Of a stretch of 49,213 nt of DNA, positions 17,508-25,417 are shown piece by piece; the first letter of the stretch is position 1, and each line of letters begins with the position of its first letter. The notes under the pieces are model-generated. The model was given only the letters and a program-made list of their open reading frames with translations, searched no databases and was not told the DNA's origin. The stretch spans positions 1-49,213 of the forward strand of contig CAJTLA010000003.1 of the NCBI GenBank assembly GCA_910576985.1, given 5' to 3'. The stretch is from an uncultured Bacilli bacterium. GTDB lineage: Bacteria; Bacillota_I; Bacilli_A; RF39; UBA660. The translations under genes were made by a program, and so were the position numbers.

Positions 17508-18467
17508 CTAACTAGTTTGTTTCTCTAAAAAGCTTACAATCGATTGATATACTTTTCGAGCTTCATGTGTATTTAAATGATAAATATAATCATGATATAA
17601 ATTAGAATTTTCCCAAAGAAATGGCACATATTCAATATGGTTATCTTCCAATACTTTCATCATCTCCTCTGTTTGAGAAGCAAGTGGATCAATATCTCCA
17701 ACAGTAATAAACGTTGAGGGATATTCACTTGTAACATACCGAATCGTAGATAACTCATCAATCCGTGGATAAGACTGATACTGCTTCGTTCCAGTATAAG
17801 CCCAAAGATATTTTTTCAAAAATGGGAAACGACAATCTGAAATAGTATCCATATTATAAACCCCACTAAGTAGTAACAAACCTTTCAAATTTTCTGCTGG
17901 AAGACTCACACTCACACCCACTTTTTCAGCATACGAAGAATTTGTCACAAGTCCCCCTAATTGACTAGATAAATGAGCACCTGCTGAATGTCCTCCAATA
18001 ATAACATTAGTAACATCAATTCCATATTGGTCCGCATGTTCATACAAATAATTCAAAACTTCTACCAACTGAACAATCGCAGAAGGATATGGATACTTTG
18101 GAGCCAAAGCATAATCTACATTCGCAACGACATATCCATTAGAAGATAACAATTTCCCAAAAAAAGCAACTGAAGAAGCATCTCCTGCGACCCATCCACC
18201 ACCATGAATATAAACAATAAGTGGCAAAGGATGATCACTTTCTTTAGAATATAAAGTAACAGAAGCATCTGGATAATTTTCTACCTCAATATGAAATTTA
18301 GTTTGTCTCACATCTTGAATATGATCTTGATAAGGTCCAATATCCCCTTGTTTTTTCACTGATTTCATCAACACCTTAACACTAGTCGCAAAAGGAACAA
18401 CTGTAATTCCATCAATGACAACCAAACAAACCAGAAAAATCAAAAAAATCACCAATTTTTTTTTCAT
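17508..18467 (-). CDS. Membrane-anchored/secreted alpha/beta-hydrolase, HSL-type esterase/lipase
   Basis: N-terminal hydrophobic anchor, HGGGW oxyanion motif, GGHSAGAH nucleophile elbow. Confidence 0.8.
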   Translation of the reverse strand: MKKKLVIFLIFLVCLVVIDGITVVPFATSVKVLMKSVKKQGDIGPYQDHIQDVRQTKFHIEVENYPDASVTLYSKESDHPLPLIVYIHGGGWVAGDASSVAFFGKLLSSNGYVVANVDYALAPKYPYPSAIVQLVEVLNYLYEHADQYGIDVTNVIIGGHSAGAHLSSQLGGLVTNSSYAEKVGVSVSLPAENLKGLLLLSGVYNMDTISDCRFPFLKKYLWAYTGTKQYQSYPRIDELSTIRYVTSEYPSTFITVGDIDPLASQTEEMMKVLEDNHIEYVPFLWENSNLYHDYIYHLNTHEARKVYQSIVSFLEKQTS

Positions 18468-18480
18468 TCAAAACCACTTC

Positions 18481-20214
18481 TTACTTTAATACTTTCATTT
18501 TACTTTTCACAAATTGGCAAGCATCATCAATATAAGTTTGCGATTCTAAATCAATCCCAACAAGATTCAATGCTTCCCGAATACTTTTTCGATTTCCAAC
18601 CTTTAAAAATTCAATATATTTCTGACGCATTCCATTTTGATCCAATATCAAATCAAATGCAATTTTATTCGCAATTGCTACTCCTGTGGCATATTGAAAC
18701 ACATAATAAGAAGGATACAAAAAGAAATGAGCAATTTTTGTCCAATTAACACCTACCAAATCATCTATAGTCACATCTTTTCCATAATAAGAGCGAGCCA
18801 AAGACAAATATAACTGATGCAAATAAGTAGCATCCACTCGTTCTTTTTTCCCAATCCGATCAAGTACAGTACTTTCAAATTCTGTAAGCATTGTCTGTGA
18901 AAACAAAGAAGTACAAAAACTTTGAACCATATGTTCTATAATAAATTGTTTTTCTTCCTCTTCAATATTTTGTTCTAACATATAGTGATAAAACAAAGCT
19001 TCGTTCACTTTTGATGCGATTTCTGCTAAAAATAAAGGATATTCAAAATACTCAAACCCATTTTCTTTGGCATAAGAAGTATGAATTGCATGTCCTAGTT
19101 CATGACTTAAAATCCGAACAGAATCTATTTTTTCTTTATATTGTAACATAGTATAAGGAACACCACTATAAGTAATACAACTAAAAGAATCTTTTCGTTT
19201 CGTTTTACTCAAAGTAAGATCTAACCATCCATTCAAAAAAGCCTCTTCCAATCTTTTTTGATAATCAGGACCTAAAATACCTGTCATATTATGAATAATC
19301 GTTTGCGCTTCTTCTAAAGAAAAATCTCTTTGGAAACCTGAAACACTTGTTTTATTCATATCATACAAGTGATATTCCTTTACGCCCAAACGTTCCTTTT
19401 TGAAAGAATAAAATTGGTGCTGGATCTCCAAATTTTTTTTCACAGAAGAAATTAAATTAGAAACAATATCTGATGGCAAAGAATCTTGAAATAAATGAGC
19501 CTCCAAAATAGAAGAAAAACCTCTACATTGCTCTAATCTAAGTTCTGCTTTTAACTTACGATAATAAATCGTAGACAATGTATTTTCAAACCCTTGATAA
19601 GTCTTCATTGTTTGAAAAAAACTACGAGCTCGGACTTCTTGATCATCACAATCCGAAAGCTTTTGCATTACCATAGGAGTCGCTTTTACAATGTTTCCCT
19701 CTTCATCTTCTATTTCCCCAAAATCCAAGTCCCTCCTAACCAAGGATTGATAAATTTCTTTTAACATATTCAACTGATCTTGAAGACCATAATATTCATC
19801 TTGATTCAAAATAGGATGTTCCATATCTTGAAATAACAAATCAAAATACCTTTGATAATAAGGATTTTTTTCTAAAAACTGCATCACTAACTGAGAATGC
19901 TCCTTCATTCTTTGAACAAATAAAGTATCTATTTTTTGAGTTTCAGTATATTGTGCTAAAGCAATTTCAAACATTTCTTTGGCATCCCAATTTTCAGAAT
20001 CTAAATCTAACATCCTTTTAGGATAACAATAAATCGTTTCTATTTGTTGATTCATCTCTATTTTATGTCTTAAAACTGTTTCTATTGATTCTATAGAATT
20101 GCAATGTTCTAACTCTATTTCCAATTGATGAATCAGCAAATCTAGTTGTTCTTTCCTCTGTTGCCATACTTCTTTACTATCACATAAATAATTTAAATCC
20201 CACGTGTTTCTCAT
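18481..20214 (-). CDS. pepF: M3B-family oligoendopeptidase F-like metallopeptidase
   Basis: HELGHAIH zinc motif. Size about 577 aa. 4-nt overlap with gltX suggests translational coupling. Confidence 0.75.
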   Translation of the reverse strand: MRNTWDLNYLCDSKEVWQQRKEQLDLLIHQLEIELEHCNSIESIETVLRHKIEMNQQIETIYCYPKRMLDLDSENWDAKEMFEIALAQYTETQKIDTLFVQRMKEHSQLVMQFLEKNPYYQRYFDLLFQDMEHPILNQDEYYGLQDQLNMLKEIYQSLVRRDLDFGEIEDEEGNIVKATPMVMQKLSDCDDQEVRARSFFQTMKTYQGFENTLSTIYYRKLKAELRLEQCRGFSSILEAHLFQDSLPSDIVSNLISSVKKNLEIQHQFYSFKKERLGVKEYHLYDMNKTSVSGFQRDFSLEEAQTIIHNMTGILGPDYQKRLEEAFLNGWLDLTLSKTKRKDSFSCITYSGVPYTMLQYKEKIDSVRILSHELGHAIHTSYAKENGFEYFEYPLFLAEIASKVNEALFYHYMLEQNIEEEEKQFIIEHMVQSFCTSLFSQTMLTEFESTVLDRIGKKERVDATYLHQLYLSLARSYYGKDVTIDDLVGVNWTKIAHFFLYPSYYVFQYATGVAIANKIAFDLILDQNGMRQKYIEFLKVGNRKSIREALNLVGIDLESQTYIDDACQFVKSKMKVLK

Positions 20215-21863
20215 TTTAAATAATTCAACCTTTCTAAAATACGTTTTTTTCCTAACAGTCTTAAAATTTCATACAAATCTGGTGTCTGAGCTTTTGAAGT
20301 AATCGAAACACGAATCACAGTACTAATATCTGCAACATTGCCCTTATAAGAATCAGGATTCAACTTATATTCTTTCATATCTGGAGAGTATCCAAGCTCT
20401 GAAGACAACAATTTGATCTTATGAAACCAAACCTCCTTATCATCAGATTCATCATAATAATTTTCAAAATAAGTAGTCACAATATGTTTGATTTCTTCAG
20501 GATCATTCACCTTTCCATATTCATAATCGACATCATGAAAATATTCATCATAGAAATACCAAACTTCTTTTTTCACGTCTTTCCAACTAGAATAATCTTT
20601 TCTTGGCTTTTTTTGTTCTCTTTCAATATTAAAAATCGCAATCGAATAATCTGGATATTTTTCTAAAATAGACGCAAATTCTAAATCAAATTCTTTTGCA
20701 TAACTAAGAGTTCTTGCATAAACTTCACTTGCTTTTAAACGACTAATATAATTTTTAGAAATATTGTATAATTTTTCCAAATCAAATAAGCCTCCACTTG
20801 CACTTACCTTTTTAAAATCAAACTGAAAGTCATCAATTCCCAAAGTTGGATTGGCATCCAACCAAGCTTCAAAATTGGTATTTGCTACTGTCATCAAATA
20901 GCGTAAAACAGCTTCATTAGGGATCCCAGCTTCATGATAATAACTCACTGCTAACTCAGGATCTTTTCGTTTGCTTAATTTTCGTTTATTTTTTGTTTCT
21001 TCATCTACCTTCATGAGTGGTGACAAATGTGCATATTTTGGCGGAGTAAATCCAAATACTTCAAATAATTGGATATGCACTGGCAAAGAAGAAATCCACT
21101 CATCTCCACGAATCACATGAGTCGTTCTCATCAAATAATCATCTACAATATGTGCGAAATGATATGTTGGTAACCCATCTTTTTTAATAATTACAATATC
21201 TAAATCATTTTCTGGAAACTCTATTTTTCCCCTTACCAAATCTTGTATCACCACTTTTTTATCAAAATGTCCTGGTGACTTTAAACGAAGAATATAAGGT
21301 TCCCCATTTTTGATTTTCTCTGCTACCATCTCTAAAGGTAAATCTCTATATTTGGCATATTTTCCATAACAACCAATGCGTTCCTTGCTTGCCTCTTGAA
21401 CTTCTCTAATTTCTTCCAATTCTTCCTTAGTATAAAAACAAGGATAAGCCTTACCTTCTTCAATTAAAGCCTTCGCAAATGTCTGATAAATTTCCTTTCG
21501 TTTGCTTTGTAAATATGGACCATAAGCGCCTGTTTCTTCTGTTTCTGAAATCATTCCCTCATCAAATTCAATGTGAAAGTCTTTCAAATCTCGAATAATT
21601 TCAGTCACACTATTTTCAACCAATCGTTCTTGGTCTGTATCTTCAATCCGAAGAAAACAAATACCATGGGTATCCGTTGCCACTTTTCTTGCTACAAACG
21701 ATGCAAAAAGAGAGCCCAGATGAACAAACCCTGTAGGAGATGGAGCAAAACGAGTCACAACTCCATCCACATTCCTTTCTGGATATAATACTTCATAATC
21801 TTGAATGGTCTTTGTAATATTTGGAAATATTAAATTTGCTAATTCTTTGTTTGTCATTGTCAT
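20211..21863 (-). CDS. gltX: Glutamate--tRNA ligase, long form (~550 aa)
   Basis: RFAPSPTGFVHLGS (HIGH region) and KLSKRK (KMSKS). Preceded by a T-box leader with a GAA specifier. The start is ambiguous among ATGs at 21863 and 21857. Confidence 0.85.
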   Translation of the reverse strand: MTMTNKELANLIFPNITKTIQDYEVLYPERNVDGVVTRFAPSPTGFVHLGSLFASFVARKVATDTHGICFLRIEDTDQERLVENSVTEIIRDLKDFHIEFDEGMISETEETGAYGPYLQSKRKEIYQTFAKALIEEGKAYPCFYTKEELEEIREVQEASKERIGCYGKYAKYRDLPLEMVAEKIKNGEPYILRLKSPGHFDKKVVIQDLVRGKIEFPENDLDIVIIKKDGLPTYHFAHIVDDYLMRTTHVIRGDEWISSLPVHIQLFEVFGFTPPKYAHLSPLMKVDEETKNKRKLSKRKDPELAVSYYHEAGIPNEAVLRYLMTVANTNFEAWLDANPTLGIDDFQFDFKKVSASGGLFDLEKLYNISKNYISRLKASEVYARTLSYAKEFDLEFASILEKYPDYSIAIFNIEREQKKPRKDYSSWKDVKKEVWYFYDEYFHDVDYEYGKVNDPEEIKHIVTTYFENYYDESDDKEVWFHKIKLLSSELGYSPDMKEYKLNPDSYKGNVADISTVIRVSITSKAQTPDLYEILRLLGKKRILERLNYLK

Positions 21864-21884
21864 CAATCCTTTCATAAACAAAAA

Positions 21885-22072
21885 AATATTATGTCATAAG
21901 GGCGAAATTTCGCGGTACCACCTTATTTCATAATATTTCTATTATCTCTTATGTTAACGCCATCAACGAATATAAATATCAAGCTCATAAGTTTCTTCCA
22001 ACCTGTTTTTTCTTCATTCTCACCAAACATGAAGTCTCTTAAAAAAAACATGATTATACTCTTCTTATATCT
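21885..22072 (-). promoter_or_regulatory. T-box riboswitch leader, Glu specifier (GAA)
   Basis: Read on the minus strand. Stem I base is ATAAG/CTTAT. The 5' specifier-loop side is AAGAGUA. An AGAGA bulge precedes the distal stem CUUCAU/AUGAAG, whose loop contains GGUGAGA. The 3' side reads GAA-GAA-A (specifier at 21993-21995). T-box sequence AAGGUGGUACCGCG lies at 21911-21924, followed by a GC hairpin and a U-run. Confidence 0.8.
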
Positions 22073-22092
22073 TTGCTCTTTTACCATATTTT

Positions 22093-22168
22093 TGGCTGCC
22101 TCGGCTAGGTTCGAACTAGCGAAATGTCGGAGTCAGAGTCCGATGCCTTACCACTTGGCTACGAGGCA
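22093..22168 (-). tRNA. tRNA-Gln (anticodon CUG)
   Basis: Cloverleaf by hand: U1-A72, G73, encoded CCA. D-arm GCCAAGUGGUAAGGC, anticodon arm UCGGA-CUCUGAC-UCCGA, T-arm CUAGUUCGAACCUAG. Closely parallels E. coli tRNA-Gln2. Confidence 0.85.
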
Positions 22169-22179
22169 ATCACATCCCT

Positions 22180-22209
22180 ATTATAACACACTTCTAATAA
22201 AAGAGTCAA
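22180..22209 (-). promoter_or_regulatory. Strong sigma-A promoter upstream of tRNA-Gln / T-box / gltX
   Basis: TTGACT (22204-22209), 18-nt spacer, TGtTATAAT (extended -10; TATAAT at 22180-22185). Confidence 0.6.
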
Positions 22210-22220
22210 AAAAAAGATGA

Positions 22221-22946
22221 TTATTTTTCACCTTTTACTTTTTGTTTTGGAATTTCTGTTGTTTCTTCATGAATCAATTGTGACCTCATAGCTTCCAATT
22301 CTTTTATTTGTGTTTTCCTAGAAGTACTCTTTCTTAAATCCATATAAGAAGTATTGCGACAAGAGTCCATAAAATGCTCCATATCTCCATATTTCTGAAT
22401 CCCTGAGCGTAATATAGATTCCCAAGCTTTTTTCAATTCCACGATTTGTTCTGATGGAGATAATGTAGCAAGAGGGCCATTCACTTTTAAAATTTGAATT
22501 TTTTCAAAAGTCCCATTTATTTGAAAAAAGATTTCACTACTTCCTGCTTCCGTTTGAATTTTAACAGAGCAAATAACCCCTGTATTTTGTACATTCACAC
22601 GAAAAGCATTCATAGCAGTTGGCGCTTTTTGATATTCCTGTTGCTCTTTTTTCGTCATTTTTTCTAGCACACCCGCTTTTTCTAACTCTTCAAATACACG
22701 ATCTTTCATAAAATGATATTTAATCTTTCTTTTTACTACTTCTAAAATATTAATAATAGGAATAAATAGTGAAAAAAAGATATGTTTACTACTATCTAAT
22801 CCAGTAATTCCTTTAAGATCAGAAAACCTTTCTAAATCAATTTTATAACCTCGATCTGCTGCATCTCGCACAATTCTAAAATGATTTCCTAATTCCAAAC
22901 AACCACTAATGACAAAAATTCCTAGCCATAAACCCAATAGTTCCAT
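22221..22946 (-). CDS. Hypothetical protein with N-terminal TM segment
   Basis: RBS AAGGAGGGA. N-terminal hydrophobic helix, then a charged, probably helical region. No motif recognised. Confidence 0.5.
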   Translation of the reverse strand: MELLGLWLGIFVISGCLELGNHFRIVRDAADRGYKIDLERFSDLKGITGLDSSKHIFFSLFIPIINILEVVKRKIKYHFMKDRVFEELEKAGVLEKMTKKEQQEYQKAPTAMNAFRVNVQNTGVICSVKIQTEAGSSEIFFQINGTFEKIQILKVNGPLATLSPSEQIVELKKAWESILRSGIQKYGDMEHFMDSCRNTSYMDLRKSTSRKTQIKELEAMRSQLIHEETTEIPKQKVKGEK

Positions 22947-23048
22947 ATTATTCCCTCCTTTTAAGTGTTTAATATACTATCAATATTTTTCCAGTTTGTC
23001 AAATAAATTCGTTTTCATCAAATAAAAAAATGAACAGGAATGATACAA

Positions 23049-23085
23049 AAAAATACTTTCACAAAAGAAAAGTATTTTTTTATAT
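23049..23085 (-). terminator. Rho-independent (bidirectional) terminator downstream of tRNA-Val
   Basis: AAAAATACTTT ... AAAGTATTTTT hairpin flanked by A-runs and T-runs. Confidence 0.55.
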
Positions 23086-23114
23086 TTACTCGGAAAATCG
23101 AGTCATCATCCATC

Positions 23115-23191
23115 TGGTGGGCGATTACGGACTCGAACCGCAGACCCTCTGCTTGTAAGGCAGATGCTCTAACCAACTGAGCTAATCGCCC
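23115..23191 (-). tRNA. tRNA-Val (anticodon UAC)
   Basis: GGGCGAU acceptor, GCUCAGUUGGUUAGAGC D-arm, UCUGC-CUUACAA-GCAGA anticodon arm, UGCGG-UUCGAGU-CCGUA T-arm, encoded CCA. Confidence 0.85.
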
Positions 23192-23249
23192 GACTACATT
23201 TTTAGTTTACTACAAACCTAAAAATTTTGCAAGCAGAAAATCAAACTTT

Positions 23250-24326
23250 TTAAACTTCACATTTTTTTTCAATCAATTTTTTATTATTTAAAAGTCGCTC
23301 ATCGTTTGGTGCTAATAAAAGTGCTTCATGAATATATTCTAATGATTTTGAATAATCACCTTGATAATAATAACTTAATGATAATAAATCAAAAACAGTA
23401 TGATCCCAACTGAATGGCTCATTAATATAACTTTTTTGATGACTTGAAATTGCAAGGGCTTTCAAGCAGTATTCCTCTACCAAATCCCAATTTTCCAATT
23501 TCTGTTCTAATATAGCACGTTCTACATAGGCATCTCTCAAATAAGGTGCCTCCTCTATCGCTTTTTCTAGCCACATTCTAGATTCTTCATAACGTTTTAA
23601 AGCTTTATAAGAGCGTGCAATAAATCTCATAGAAGCAGCTCGCTCGTCTTTCCATGTCGCAGTTGGCAACTGAAGATGTTTCAACAATGTATCAATACAA
23701 TCATTCCATCTCTCATAATACATATACTCTCTTCCCAAATAATGCATATTTCGATCATCAAGAGGACTTTCCTCAACAGACAATTCCAACAAAGGCAAAT
23801 AACTTCCTCTAGATTTTGTTCGATCTGGATAATGATTGAGTGTAATTGTATCAATCGTAATCACATTTTCATAATCAGACTCAGAACATAATACTTCATG
23901 AACAGGATGTGTCCAATAATAATTCTTTCTTTCATGGATCTTTTCGATATAAAAATTAACTGCTGGATTTCCATAAGAATCAAAACTCCAATTATAATTA
24001 TATCGAGCTTTTGTTGTTGATTCCAGCCATTGTGATTCTAATTCTTTTCTCCAACCTGGTTCAAATACCTCATCCAAATCAGTACAAACACATATGTCAG
24101 TATCTAATGGAACCAACTGCAAAGATTCATTACGAGCAACATCGAATCTCCAAGGATCAATTTTTTTAGTAACAACATTAGCACCATATTTTTTTAATTC
24201 TTCTACAGTATGATCAGTAGAACCTGTATCTAATACATATACAGCATCAGCTTCCCTCATCGATTCCATCCAACGTTTCACAAATTTAGATTCATTTTTC
24301 GCAATTGCGTATACACAAACTTTCAT
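23250..24326 (-). CDS. Family 2-type glycosyltransferase with C-terminal TPR repeats
   Basis: N-terminus VYAIAKNESKFVKRWMES...VLDTGSTDHT...CTDLDE (GT-A fold with DxD-like motif). The C-terminal half has TPR-like repeats. ATG at 24326 with RBS AGAGGAGGA. Confidence 0.65.
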   Translation of the reverse strand: MKVCVYAIAKNESKFVKRWMESMREADAVYVLDTGSTDHTVEELKKYGANVVTKKIDPWRFDVARNESLQLVPLDTDICVCTDLDEVFEPGWRKELESQWLESTTKARYNYNWSFDSYGNPAVNFYIEKIHERKNYYWTHPVHEVLCSESDYENVITIDTITLNHYPDRTKSRGSYLPLLELSVEESPLDDRNMHYLGREYMYYERWNDCIDTLLKHLQLPTATWKDERAASMRFIARSYKALKRYEESRMWLEKAIEEAPYLRDAYVERAILEQKLENWDLVEEYCLKALAISSHQKSYINEPFSWDHTVFDLLSLSYYYQGDYSKSLEYIHEALLLAPNDERLLNNKKLIEKKCEV

Positions 24327-24370
24327 ACATTCCTCCTCTATTATAACATATGACAATATGGAAATAAGGT

Positions 24371-24399
24371 TTGTTTTTTTACCAAACTTCTGCTATAAT
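24371..24399 (+). promoter_or_regulatory. Promoter of tRNA-Thr(CGU)
   Basis: TTGTTT (24371-24376), 17-nt spacer, TATAAT (24394-24399), 13 nt before the tRNA. Confidence 0.5.
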
Positions 24400-24412
24400 A
24401 AATGTGGAACGT

Positions 24413-24488
24413 GCTGGAATAGCTCAGTTGGTAGAGCAACTGTCTCGTAATCAGTAGGTCGCGGGTTCGATTCCTGTTTCCAGCACCA
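24413..24488 (+). tRNA. tRNA-Thr (anticodon CGU)
   Basis: GCUGGAA acceptor, GCUCAGUUGGUAGAGC D-arm, ACUGU-CUCGUAA-UCAGU anticodon arm (U-U at 31-39), encoded CCA. Very similar to B. subtilis tRNA-Thr apart from the anticodon. Confidence 0.85.
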
Positions 24489-24526
24489 GATTTGATTGAT
24501 ACTCGAACTTCGGGTTAAAATAACAA

Positions 24527-24556
24527 AACGACTTATAAAAAAAAGTCGTTTTTTAT
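24527..24556 (+). terminator. Rho-independent terminator after tRNA-Thr(CGU)
   Basis: AACGACTT (24527-24534) / AAGTCGTT (24543-24550) stem followed by TTTT. Confidence 0.65.
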
Positions 24557-24594
24557 GATATTATGAATATGTCAAGAAAACTGGTATAAAATAA

Positions 24595-24810
24595 AAAAAG
24601 GCTTATGCTGATAATCCAGCAGTTTTACAAAGATTAGGGACCTTTGAAATTCCAAAGGTTGATGAAAATGGATATACTCAAATGTCAATGTTGAAAGTAA
24701 TAGAAGCATTTGAAAATTATATGTATGATGGAAATCCTATTCCATTTGAAACAGAAATTACAATATCTGAGAAATATTTAAAAAATCAGGAAAAAGGAAA
24801 AAGTTTCTAA
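24595..24810 (+). pseudogene. Start-less 3' fragment of an unidentified gene
   Basis: A 71-codon open frame begins right after a stop. It has no start codon or RBS near its 5' end: KKAYADNPAVLQRLGTFEIPKVDENGYTQMSMLKVIEAFENYMYDGNPIPFETEITISEKYLKNQEKGKSF*. The composition looks protein-like. Confidence 0.35.
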
Positions 24811-25010
24811 TTAGTACTTTTGAAATGTATCCCAAAATCTGTATAAATGGCAATGATTACCTTCCATTAAGAATCACCAAAACGATGGTTCTTTTTACTT
24901 TATTATAATAATTGATAAATCTCCGTCAATAAACTTACTGTTTGCCTAGTATATAAATATCCAAAGAGCAACTGAATCAGAAATACTAGTCTTTTCTTAT
25001 TCAATGCTTT

Positions 25011-25400
25011 ATATTTATTATCTGAACAATCATATTCGTTATATACATAACCTTGCAAACTTCAAGAGAAAATTTATAAAATTTAGATAAAGAATTCCTG
25101 TTATTCAACCAACTATTGACAGTATAGGAATATCTATTTTCCCATTTCTCTTCCAGTTTTATCCCTCATATTCCAATTTCTTTCGTTAATATTTGATATA
25201 CTCCTTTTTAATCACTCATCATTTCTTTATAATCTTTATATATACGAACTTTAAACTTGTTCCAATTTGATAAACAATACAACATTGATATTCACATTTT
25301 GGATATACTGCTTCTTATCGTAGAATCAGTATTATTTTATATCCTTTCAATTAACTTGAAAAAAGCATCTTTTCTCCCTGTAAAGACAAACAAATTATTT
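25011..25400 (-). mobile_element. IS256-family (Mutator-like) transposase remnant, 3' portion, disrupted by stops and frameshifts
   Basis: Minus-strand frames give ...KDYKEMMSD* / LKGVYQILTKEIGI* / GIKLEEKWENRYSYTVNSWLNNRNSLSKFYKFSLEVCKVMYITNMIVQIINIKH*. This matches the recalled IS256 C-terminal pattern KD.KEF..DLK.IY...(f).KW..KYP......W..NW..L..FF.FP.EIRK.IYTTN.IE. No intact ORF and no N-terminal part. Confidence 0.6.
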
Positions 25401-25417
25401 CCCTCATTTAAAATTAC

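Noticed and set aside
21993-22010. Possibility that the T-box specifier is CAG (Gln), matching the adjacent tRNA-Gln(CUG)
   Set aside because: The CAG at about 22006-22008 falls inside the helix above the specifier loop. The codon position is immediately 5' of the conserved purine and the closing helix CUUAU, and GAA occupies it.
21951-22220. 89-aa plus-strand ORF from the track
   Set aside because: It lies antisense across the T-box leader, tRNA-Gln(CUG) and its promoter. It has no RBS and a low-complexity translation. The RNA features explain the region better.
22221-24356. Possible defence or phage-related function for the 241-aa orphan and the GT-TPR gene between tRNAs
   Set aside because: No nuclease, ATPase, RT, integrase or other defence-type motif could be seen. 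The GT-A plus TPR architecture is common in envelope glycosylation. Both are left as plain annotations.
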